A DNA stretch of 46,354 nucleotides from Elusimicrobiota bacterium. Lineage in GTDB: Bacteria > Elusimicrobiota > Elusimicrobia > UBA1565 > UBA9628. The notes under the pieces were generated by a model. The model was not told the DNA's origin, did not search any database, and saw only the letters and a list, made by a program, of their open reading frames with translations. The stretch's first letter is position 1, and each line of letters opens with the position of its first letter. Below are positions 7,491-17,900 of the stretch, one piece after another. Position numbers and translations under genes: made by a program. The DNA lies in NCBI GenBank assembly GCA_028869495.1, contig JAGWRY010000285.1:1-46354 (forward strand), in the 5' to 3' direction.

Positions 7491-8048
7491 ATGAGCGATC
7501 CGAACGGATTTCGCCCGGCCTCAACCTGCCATGTACGGGATAGAGGGGTTACATGGTCGGTGGGGCCGGGCCTGTTTTTGGCCTTCGCGCTGCTGGGCCT
7601 GACGGTCGCCCGCGCGCGCGCCGAAACGCCGGTCGGCCTGGGCGCCCAGGGCGTCGACCCGATGGCGGCAGTGGACAACCGCCAGGGCCTGGACGTGCGC
7701 GACGCGCTGGGCCGGCCGGTGACCGCGGGCGCCGTCCTGCGCGACTTGAAGCGCGCCGAGGCGGCGCGCACGGCCCAGAACGCCTATGCGAGCGCCCTGC
7801 CGCAGGCCCGCCGGATCCTGCCGGCCCTGGACCTAGCCCCGGGCTTCGGCGCCTGCGTAGTGCGCCTGCTTGAGGCCCTGCCGCGGGCGACGCAGTGGGT
7901 CTCCCTGCCGCCGCCGGGCCCCAAGGTCCTCCTCCTGCTCGTGGCCGTCCTGGGCGCCGTCTTGGTCCAGGGCGCCGCTCTCCTGCCGCGCGACCGCCCG
8001 CTCTCTTGGCGTCTCGGCCGCTGTTGTCCTGAAGTCCTCCGCTGTTAA
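7491..8048 (+). CDS. Small hypothetical secreted/membrane protein (signal peptide plus C-terminal TM helix)
   Basis: Only this frame of the region has G/C-dominated third positions. The track ORF 7005-8048 is trimmed to ATG 7491; GTG 7560, 11 nt after AGAGGGG, is an alternative start. It has a signal-like LFLAFALLGLTVARARA-E, a C-terminal hydrophobic helix VLLLLVAVLGAVLVQGAALL and a Cys-rich tail (GRCCPEVLRC). It is the first ORF after the riboswitch-like leader. Confidence 0.6.
   Translation: MSDPNGFRPASTCHVRDRGVTWSVGPGLFLAFALLGLTVARARAETPVGLGAQGVDPMAAVDNRQGLDVRDALGRPVTAGAVLRDLKRAEAARTAQNAYASALPQARRILPALDLAPGFGACVVRLLEALPRATQWVSLPPPGPKVLLLLVAVLGAVLVQGAALLPRDRPLSWRLGRCCPEVLRC
7513..7579 (+). 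terminator. Extended hairpin plus T-run: candidate riboswitch expression platform / intrinsic terminator
   Basis: GCCCGGCC (7513-7520) pairs with GGCCGGGC (7564-7571). ACC/GGT and CCATGTA (7529-7535)/TACATGG (7550-7556) extend the stem. The hairpin is followed by CTGTTTTT (7572-7579). The loop contains the purine-rich AGAGGGG (7542-7548). CGGCCTC (7516-7522) could alternatively pair with aptamer GAGGCCG (7455-7461). Confidence 0.45.
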
Positions 8049-8062
8049 ACTCCCGCCAACCC

Positions 8063-8089
8063 CCCTTTTTCGCCTTCGGCGAAAAAGGG
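8063..8089 (+). terminator. Perfect 12-bp inverted repeat with a C(UUCG)G-type loop just after the small ORF stop (attenuator/terminator or RNA-stability hairpin)
   Basis: CCCTTTTTCGCC (8063-8074), TTC, GGCGAAAAAGGG (8078-8089). It lies 15 nt after the TAA at 8046-8048. There is no T-run after the stem; the Ts are inside it. Confidence 0.35.
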
Positions 8090-8209
8090 CCTGAGACACA
8101 ACGTCCTCGTCATAGGCGTCAGCGTCTCCCCGCCGCGTCGTTCGGCCCGGCTCCGGTTCATCTTCCCGTAACCCGGCCGCCTCAGGATCACCGCAAAATA
8201 AGGGTTCCA

Positions 8210-8857
8210 ATGCCCATGTCCGGGTGGGGTGCGTCCGTCTTTCACGCGCGCGCGCGATATAGAACGCTGATCCTGTCGGCGTTCTGCATGGCCTGCGCCG
8301 TCCCCCTGCGCGCCCAGGCGGCGCCCGCCGTGGACGCGTCCACCGTCGCCCCGGCCGAGCCGGCCTCCGTGGCCGAGGGGCACGACCTCGTCATCCGCCG
8401 TGACCGCGGCGCTAAGGCGCGCCTGCTGGCTCTGGCCGCGCAGGAGACCGATCCCAGCGCCAAGGCCAAGCTGATCTATCTGCTGGGCAACCTGCCGGTC
8501 AAGGACTTGGCGCCCGCCGACTTCGACGCAGCCTTGGCCGACCCCGACCCCGGCGTGCGCTTGGCGGCTCTTCTGGGCCTGGGGCGGATCCCCGGGACGG
8601 CGGCCGAGTCCCGGCTCGTGAAGGCCTTGTCCGACCCGAACCCTGGCGTGCGTCAGGGCGCCGCCTTTTGGCTCGGCCAGGCGGCCCATGCGGGTGCGGC
8701 GGCCGACCTGGGGCGGGCTCTGACGCAGGACCGGAACTCCGACGTCCGACTGGCCGCCGCCGAGGCGCTGTCTCGTTTGGGGACGACCGCCGCGCGCCGC
8801 GAACTGCGCCGGGGCGCCAACGACCCCGACCCGCGGGTGAGGCGATGGGCGAAATGA
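8210..8857 (+). CDS. Secreted HEAT-repeat (PBS-lyase HEAT-like) protein
   Basis: AAGGG lies 5 nt upstream of ATG 8210. The N-terminus is signal-like (LILSAFCMACAVPLRAQA-A). There are at least four HEAT-like repeats with the D-P-(D/N)-P-x-V-R signature: DPDPGVRLAALLGLGRI, DPNPGVRQGAAFWLGQ, DRNSDVRLAAAEALSRLG and DPDPRVRRWA. The stop TGA at 8855-8857 overlaps the ATG at 8854 of the next gene. Confidence 0.8.
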   Translation: MPMSGWGASVFHARARYRTLILSAFCMACAVPLRAQAAPAVDASTVAPAEPASVAEGHDLVIRRDRGAKARLLALAAQETDPSAKAKLIYLLGNLPVKDLAPADFDAALADPDPGVRLAALLGLGRIPGTAAESRLVKALSDPNPGVRQGAAFWLGQAAHAGAAADLGRALTQDRNSDVRLAAAEALSRLGTTAARRELRRGANDPDPRVRRWAK

Positions 8858-8964
8858 GCGAGCGCTCCGCGTCGTCCTTCTCCCGCCGGGCCGCCAAAGC
8901 GGCCGCGGCCGCGCTCCTGCTGGCCGCGGCGGGGCTGCTCCTGCGCTCGCGGCCGGCCGAGGCC
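8854..8964 (+). other. Sec-type signal peptide of the giant protein
   Basis: MSERSASSFSRRAAKAAAAALLLAAAGLLLRSRPAEA|TPS has a basic n-region, a hydrophobic core and an A-x-A site. Confidence 0.7.
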
Positions 8965-11900
8965 ACGCCCTCGACCGTGGACCTCAGCGTGAACTCCTCG
9001 TACGCGAACGCGCGCCAGGTCTTCAAGAACGATTGGGGCTATTGGGTCTTCTACAACGGCGGCGTCAATCCGACGGACTTCTCCTACGCGTTCAGCCCGG
9101 ACGGCGTCACCTGGACGCCGGAGGGGACCGTCTTCCATACGACGACGAACAACACGTTCAACGAGACCTCGGTCTGGTATGTGGCCGGAACCTCGACGGC
9201 CTACTCCGCCGCCGGCTCGGCGGCCGCCGATACCAACGGCCGCAATATCGATCCCATCTGGATCAACAAAGGCACCGTCAACGCGGACGGCACCATCAGT
9301 TGGGGCAACGAGGTCAAATACACGTACGGCGCCGCGGTGGCGGGCCGCAACGGCGACATCTACACCCAGCAGCCCTGCGGCGTCGCTTATTCCAATCCCT
9401 CGGGCGGCACTCCGACCCTGTTTGTCGGCACCGAGGGCAAGCAGGCGGGCCGCAACACCTGGGGCGCGATCGGCATGTCGCTGAACGCCGGCAGCCTCGC
9501 CTACGGCAACGCGGCCAGCCCGGGCCGCGGCGCGAACACCGCCGGCTACGTCCACTTGTCGATGGTGCCGGTCGAGAACTCGGGCACCTCCGCGCAGGCC
9601 CTTCTGCTGTTCTACGCGAGCGGCTCATTCTACACCTACCGCTACAACACGTCGAACAACTCGATGAACACGGAGCAGAACCCTCTCAGCACGACGATCG
9701 CCAACAACTACAACGCGGCCGCGACGATGATCGACAACCCCGACAGCCCCGGCGAGGTGCATATCGCCTACATCGACGCCAACGGCAACCTCAACTACAA
9801 GCGGCGCGCCTCGGGCGGGACCTACGCCGGCCCGTACACGCTGACCAGCGCGGGGACGGACGGCACCGCGTCGGCCACTCCCGTCGAGAACCCGTCGATC
9901 GGCCTGGTCAAGCTCGGCGCGGCCTACGAGGTCTACATCGTCTACCAGTCCACCGCGGGGACGCTCAGCTACTTCGTCGGCCCCTCGACGGCGACGTCGG
10001 CCGCGAACTTCACGCAGGTGCGCGACTGGGAGGTGGATACGCTCGGCTCCGTGCAGTGGCCGCAGACGCCGCAGACGATGACGGTCTCTCCGGACCCGCT
10101 CGGCGTCGCCTACACCGACGCCAGCGGCAACGTCTCCTTCGACACGATCATCACCTCCACGTACCCGGCGCCGACGATCACCAGCGCCTACCTTCAGAAT
10201 CCGAACTTCTACCTGACCTCCTCGACGTTCACGCTGGTGGTCAACGGCACCGGCTTCCTTAATTTCGGCGGGACCAAGTACACGCACGGCGCGATCCTGC
10301 AGGGCGGCGCGTCGCAGTCGGGCGTCTCGGTCACCTCGACCACTTACGTCAGCAGCACCCAGATCCTCATCTACGGGACCCTCGTGTCGCCGTCCGGCAG
10401 CTACGACGTGCGCGTGACCAACAGCGACTCCCAGTACGCGGTGCTGAGCTCGACCTTCAGCGTCCCGCCGCCGACCCTGACCGGGCTATGGGACCAGGAC
10501 GGCGGTCTCGTGTCCGGCGGCATCGAGCCGGTGATCCCGGAGGGCGTGGCGCGCAGCCGCCAGCTGACTTTGGTCGGCACGAACTTCGAGCATTGGTCGA
10601 CCGACTCGGCCTCGGTCACCGTTTCGGGAACCGGCATCTCGGTGACTTCGACGTCGTACGTGAGCCCGACGCGGTTCGTCGCGTACCTGAACGTTTCGAC
10701 GGCGGCGGCGGCGGGCACGTACGGCGTCACCGTGGTCAACGCCGACAACCAAGCCTCGGGCATGGTCTCGTCGACTTTCACGGTGACCGCGCCCAGCGCG
10801 ACCCTGCAGTGGCCTCTCCCCGGACTCGGGACCATCCTCAACAACGGGGTCTACTACTCGTCGGGCGTCGACGTGATCTCGGGGCAGGCCTCCTTCACGC
10901 CGAACTCTGGGCAGACGAGTCTTCTGACGTCGCAGGTCCGCATCAGCTCGGCGGACGGCACCGTGTGGAACGGCGCCGGCTTCGTCAACGCGGCCTTCGG
11001 CTTCCCGTTCCCCGCGTCGGAGAACCAGTGGCAGAACGCGAGCGCGGCGTCGCCGTGGCAGTATGCGGGCTGGCCCAACAACGCTACCGATCAGCAGGAC
11101 AACGCGACGTACTCGATCTCGACCCGCGCGCTCACCGGGGACCAGGGGTGGTCCGTCCCCTATTCTTCGTTCACGTTCCGCATCGACCGCTCTCCTCCGA
11201 CCGCGGGCGTCGCCTCTCCGGTGACTGGCGGAGCCGTCAACAGCATCCCGATCGTCCTCCTGTCCGCCTCCGACTACGGCATCGGCGTCTCCACCATCGA
11301 GGTCAACATCCAGGACGTCAACGACCACGCCTGGAACGGCACCGCTTGGAACGCGACCGCGGGCGCGCAGTGGCTGCCGGTCGGGCAGTTCGCGACGCCG
11401 GGAAATCCCGAGTCGGCGGCGCTTCCCAGCGGGCCCTACCTTCTGCCGACCTGGACGGACGGCACGACGTATTACTTCCAGCTGCGCTCGACCGACGGCC
11501 TCGGCCAGTTCGCGACGACGGCACGCTACCCCGTGATCTACGACGTGACCGCCCCGACGGTGACCGTGACGGCGCCGACGATGAGCGTCAGTTCGGCGAC
11601 GCCGAATTGGGTCAACTCGGTCACCGCGATCGCCGGAACCGTCTCCGACAACGTCACGGACACCCACGACCCCCGCAAGCTGTACGTTCAGATCGCGGAC
11701 CTGAGCGGCACGTTCCTGGAACCGGACCTCGTGACGACGACGAACACCGCAGCGTCGGCCACGAACGGCTATTGGTTCATCCCGCTCGATAACGGCGCCA
11801 ATAATTCCTGGTCGTTGAATCTTGCGGGTGCCCCGTTCGTCCTCGGTGACGAGTACCGCGTCGCCGTCTACGTCTGCGACGGGGCCGGCAACTGCACGGG

Positions 11901-14900
11901 CGGCGACGGACAAAACATCTCGGTCGGCGATTACGACGGCAGCGCGACCGACCCGCCGCCGGCCTTCATCGGGTTCTTCAAGTTCGACGGCAACCCGCCG
12001 CGCTCCGGCCGCATCTTCCCGACCGACAGCGCGCGCCCGAACGCCTTCGGCGGGCCCTACTCGGGCAGCCCGGTGACATCCCTCGACACGCTCTACGGCA
12101 CGGCGGTCGACGGCGTCGGCGAGTCGGGCGTCCAGCGCGAGGAATACCAGCTCTACGACTCCAGCACCAACGCCTACTGGTTCTCGACCAGCCTGGCTCC
12201 GGAGAGTTCCGCCTACGGGCATTCGCTTCCGGGCTTCTACTCTCTGAACGTCGGCCAGCAGGCTCCGTGGAACGTCGCCGGCACGACCACGACGCCGGCC
12301 TGGCAGGTCTGGGAAGCGACCGGCATCCCCTGGACCTCGTACGTCCCCTCGATCGAAGGAAACTATTTCGCGTTCTATTCGCGTGCGGTGGACTTCGCGA
12401 ACAACTTCGAGGTGTCGCCTTCCTCGGTCGGCTTCATCTTCGACGAGTCCTCGCCGACGACGGGCGTCTCATACCCCTCCGCCCTGACGTACTCCCAGCA
12501 GCTGACGACGATCTCGGGCACGTCGCTGGATCAGCCCGCGAGCAACGCCGGCCTCTTCGACCTGCATGTCGGCATCCAGCGCCTCTCGGACGGCCAATGG
12601 TGGACGCCCGGCGCGGGCGGCAGCTGGAACGCGACGCGCAACGACTTTGCCCAGCCGATGGCCGTGGGCGTCAGTACGTGGTCGTTCTCGCTCCCGCTGG
12701 CTTTCTGGACCAGCATCGGCCAAGCCGATCACTTCTCTCTTTACGCCTGGGCTCGCGACAACGTCCAGCCCGAGACCTTCTCCTCGACGCCGTCGGTCAC
12801 GAACGTCGAGTCCTCGACGACGCTGAAGCTCGCCTTCAACTACGAGGTCGTTCCTCCGTCGTCGACGATCTCGTCGCCGGTCGACCAGGTCTGGTACTCG
12901 AGCACGTCGCCGTCGGACCTGCCCCAGGTCGCCGGCACCGCCAACGATAACCCGGCGGTCAACGACGCCGGCGTGGCCTCGATGCAGGTCGAGATCCGCG
13001 ACGAGAACACCTGCCCGTCCTGCCAGTACTGGAACGAGACGACGAAATCCTGGCAGGGGACGTCGGTGTTCAACACGGTCGGCTTCATCAATCCGAACTG
13101 GAATTTCCCGATGACGAACCTGACGCCGAACCTGACGAGCGGACACGTGTATCGCGTCCGCTCGAAGGCGCGCGACGCGTCGGTCGACGTCAACGGCCTG
13201 CCCAACGGCACCTACGAGAGCCCGCCGGACATCGTCCAATCCCAGCAGCAGACGCCGACGCCCTACATCGACACGCACTTTTTCTTCTGGGACACGACGC
13301 CGCCGACCTCGATCTCGACCTTCCCGGCCAACGGGGCGACCGTCAACGCCGTGCCCGACGTCGCCGGCACCGTGACGGACGGGCCGGGGAGCTTCAACGC
13401 GGGCATCGGCACCACCTACGTCGCGATCTGCCAGGACAGCGCCGGGAGCATCGACTACACCCACTGCTTGACCGCGGTCAGCGGCGGGTCGTGGCTGGCG
13501 GGTCCGACGTGGTTCCAGGCCTCGCCGGGGCCGGACTGGAGCCTGAACCTCCCGTCGGTGCCGTGGTCCACGAATTCGTTCTACCACGTGATCGTGCGCT
13601 CGACCGACTCGGTCAACAACATGGAGGTCCCTCTCGCCGCCGCGACGAACAGCTCGGACCACGTCCGATTCCAGTACACCGGCGGCGCGACCTCGGGCCA
13701 CATCAATTCGCCGTCGCCGACGGACACGACCTTTCCTTTCTATACGCCGATCGCGCTGACGACGCTGTCGGGGACCGCGCAGGGCAACTCCGGCGTCCAG
13801 ATCCAGCTCGAGGACACGGACGACGCGTTGTACTACGACGGCACGAACTGGGTCGCCGTCAGTACGTGGGTCCCGAATTTGCCGTCGGCGATCGTGACCG
13901 GCAATTGGAGCTACACGTTCGGCGGGACCTGGGAGACGAACCACAATATCACCGCGAACCTGCGCGTCTGCAACGCCCTCGGGACGAGTTGCAGCGCGAC
14001 CCTCGACACGGAGAACTTCGTGATGGACTCCTCGGCGCCGACGATCACGGTCGGCTGGCCGCCGAGCCCGTACGCGAACGCCGCCGAGGTGAGAACGGCG
14101 TCCGGCACCGTCGTCGACCCGACGGCGCCGGGACAGTCGACCAGCCTGAACACGGGGAGCGTGCATTTCCGCATCGTGCGCCTGAAGGACAACGACGAGT
14201 GGTCGGTGCCGCTGTCCACCTTCGTGGCGCCCCCCGGCACGGACCTGACCGCGACGCCGCTGGGCGGCGGGCTCTTCGACTACACGACGACGTACATGTC
14301 CTCGAACCTGATGTTCGAGGACGGCTACCAGTACCAGGTCAAGCTCTACGCGGCGGACAAGGCGACCAACGCCGGCAGTCTCGCGGGGTCTCCGTTCCGC
14401 TACGACGTGTCCTATCCGACCGCGACGATGACGGTCCCGGTGCAGGGCCAGTACCTCAATTCGCTGGCGACGATCGCGGGCACGATGGCCGACACACCGC
14501 CGAACCTCTCCGACAGCAACCAGGCGGCGTCGGGCGTCGCGCAGGTCCAGGTCCTCGTCCAGAACCTGACGCCGGGCTCGCCGTCGCGCAACAACTACTA
14601 CGACGAGACGACGCACGGCTTCAACGACTTCTCGCCGCACTGGATCAACGCGACGACGTACGCGTCGACGTTCACCTACACGGACGCGAACCTGGACGCG
14701 GCGCTGGTCAGCGGCTCGTACTCGATCGCGGTCCGCGCGATCGACGCGGCGGGCAACGTCCAGTACGACTTCTCGACGCCGGGCTCCTCGTTCACGGTCC
14801 GGATGGACAAGGACGCTCCGACGATCGCGCTGACCCAGCCGAGCCTGCCGGCCTACACGCCCGCCGCCGCGGCCGCGGCCGGCGTCCAGGGCACGGCTGC

Positions 14901-17900
14901 CGACCCCGTGGTCGGCGGGGTCGCCTCCGGCCTGCTGACCGGCGGCATCGACGTCCAGCTGTGGTATCTGCAGGCGGGGACCAGCTACTACTGGACCGGC
15001 TCGACCTTCACGGCGACGATCACGACGGAGCCGGCCAACGGGACCACGTGGAACCTGACTTCGCCGCCGACCGCGATCCAGTACGCGTGGCCGGGCGACA
15101 TGACCTTCTACGCGCGCGCCCGCGCGCACGACGCCTCGGTGCTGGCCGACGGCACGGTGTCGCCGTCCACCGGCAACGTCAGCGGCTGGACCCCGGTCAC
15201 CTCCTTCATCGTGGACGGCACGCCGCCGGTCTCGACGATGACGGGCATCACCGACGGCTCCTTCATCCCGTCGCTGTCGTCCCTGGCCGGCACCGCGAAC
15301 GGGGTGCTGTCGGGCCTGCAGGACGTCCAGGTGCGCATCACGACGAACCCGGCCACGGGTCCCGACTGGAACGGCTCCGCCTACACCTTCGCGGGCGTGC
15401 CGATCTGGAACTCGGCCACGGCGCCGCTGACGAACTGGACCTACTCGTCCTTGTCAGGAGCCTTCGTCGACGGCCAGAAGTACTATCTGTACTCGCGCGC
15501 GATCGACAACGCCGGCAACATGCAGACGACGCCGACCGCCTACGCGGTCACGATCGACGCGACCAAGCCCCTGATCGGAATCTCCTTCCCGAACGGCGCG
15601 GGCAATCCGCCGTATTCGAACAACGTCGAGTCGGTGCGCCCGAGCACCTACGTCGCCGGGACCGTGTCGGACCCGGGCGCGCTCGCCTCGGGCCCGGCGC
15701 AGGTGTGGCTGGCGATCTCCTCGGGCACGCCGGGCGCGGCCGGGAACTCCTGGTGGAGCGACGCGACGCGGTCCTTCAGCCTGGGCGCCCAGCCGCTGGG
15801 CGCGCCGGTCTACTCGACGCAGGTCTACCTGTCCGGGAACTCCTGGCAGTACGCGCCCTCTCAGCTCGGTCCGGCCCTCGTCGACGGCGTCAACTACTAC
15901 GTCTACGCGTATGCGGTGGACGTCGCGGGCAACTCGACGAGCGGATCTCCGGCCCTGCAGAACTTCCTTTATGACGTGTCCCGCCCGACCTCGACCGTCT
16001 CCGTCCCGCTGAATGGGGGGAACTACAACGCGTCGCTGACCCAGCTGTCCGGCGCCGCGGTCGAGACCGGCTCCAACCCTTCGGGCGTCTACAAGGTGTA
16101 CGTCGCCGTCCAGCACACGGCGGGCGGCCTGGCGCCGCTGGCCTGGTGGAACTGGAGCACGCAGGCCTTCGACCCGTCGCTGGGCGCGACCCCCGCCTTC
16201 CCGGGACTGGGCTGGGCCCAGGTCGCCAGCACGACCGTCTCGGGCCTGACGACCCTGGCCTGGTCCACGGCGGTCCCGGCCGGCATGCTCGAGTCGAGCG
16301 CGACCTACGTCGTCGCGCCGATGGCCGAGGACCAGGCGACGAACCAGCAGGCCAACCCGACGCAGGCCGGCGCCGGCGCCACCTTCCGCTACGACACGCA
16401 GGCGCCGACCGCGACGATCACGACCCCGAGCCTGGCCGTCCAGTACTACAACGCGTCCACGCTGGGGCAGATGACCGGGGCGGCCGACGACCAACTCTAC
16501 GGCGCGTCGGGACTCGCCTCGGTCCAGATCCTGCTCAAGCTCGAGACCTCGGGCGCGTACTGGAACGGCGGGACCTCCGGCACCAGCGCCGACTGGGACG
16601 GCACGGGCACCGGCTACACGCAGTGGCGGACCGTGACGGGCCTGTCGAGCTGGACCCAGGCCTACCCGCCGACCTCCACGATGGAGTCGCGGCGCCTGCG
16701 CCTGTGGGTGCGCGCCACCGACAACGCCGGCAACACGAGCGCGACGCCGACGCAGACCCAGCTCACCAACAATCAGAACGCGGACGGCAGCGCGGCCCTC
16801 GACTTCTACTACGACACCCTCCCGCCGCTGTCGTCCGTCACCTATCCGCCGACGGCGTCGAACTTCGCTCCGACGACGATCTCCGGCACGGCCGCCGACC
16901 AGGACGCGATCCTGGAGCCCAGCGGCCTGAAGACCGTCTACCTGCGCCTGCTGAAGTCGGACGGCACCTACTGGAACCTGTTCACGCCGGGGTGGACGGG
17001 GACCGGGCTTTTCGACAACACCGGCGTCTCCGGCAGCCTGAACCCGTGGAGCTACTCGTTCCCCGGCGGCACGTTCCAGGACGGCTACAAATACACCGTC
17101 AACTCGTCGGCCATCGACTTCGCTCTCAACCAGGAGAACGCCTACTCGACCTACACCTTCGTCGTGGACCTGACGACGCCGACGAGCGCGGTCTCCTGGC
17201 CGTCGGACGGCGCCTACGTCAGCTCGGCGACCGTCGTCGTCGCCGGTTCGGCCGACGACCTGTTCTGCGATTTCCACGGCGCGCAGTGCGTGCCCGGCCA
17301 GCGCTCGTTCGAGTCCGGCATCCTGCCCTCGAGCGTCACGGTCGCGATCGCCGACATCTCCGTCTCGACGAATTGGTGGGACGGCTCGGCGTTCGCGTCC
17401 GCCTCGCCGGTCTGGTTCGCGGGCTCCTTCGCCGGGCCGGCGTCGAGCGGCACGTGGACCTGGACCGCGCCGACGCTGACGACGAACCATTTCTACAAGG
17501 TCGTCTCGCGCGTCGCGGACGCGGCCGGGAACCTCCAAAACGTCGTCAGCACGAACTCCTTCGTCTACGACACGACGCCCCCGGTCTCGCTGGCGACGGC
17601 GCCGACCGGGACGATCAGCGGAATTTCCGCGATCTACGGCACGGCCAGCGACGCGGCGCCGGGAAAGCTGTCCGTCGTGCGCCTGTCGATCCAGGAGACG
17701 GGCGGCACGGGCGCGGCGCACATCAACGACTACTGGAACGGGAGCGCCTGGCAGGCGAGCCTCGTCGAGCTGTCGTCGGGCGTGGTCGGTCCGCTGATCT
17801 CGGGCACGACGTACGCGTGGACGATGGACGCGTCGGCGGTCGCCTGGGACGACCAGTCGAACTACGCGGTCCGCGCCCGCGCGGTCGACGCGGCGGGCAA

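Noticed and set aside
7553-7873. 106-aa ORF starting at the ATG inside the hairpin (MVGGAGPVFGLRAAG...).
   Set aside because: It is in the +2 shadow frame of the 7491-8048 ORF, with Arg/Pro/Gly-rich composition and no hydrophobic segments.
8668-8853. The 5' extension of the giant ORF as given in the track (start at 8668).
   Set aside because: It overlaps the 3' third of the HEAT-repeat gene in another frame and encodes Arg/Gly/Pro-rich sequence with no signal peptide. A proper signal peptide begins at the ATGs at 8845/8854.
9205-9216. An S-A-A-G tetrapeptide at residues 118-121 of the giant protein, as a LapG-type (T/A/P)-A-A-(G/V) cleavage site.
   Set aside because: A four-residue Ala-rich match is expected by chance in this composition. 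It also lies inside the predicted propeller-like head rather than in a linker or retention module. The protein lacks the other LapA-like features.
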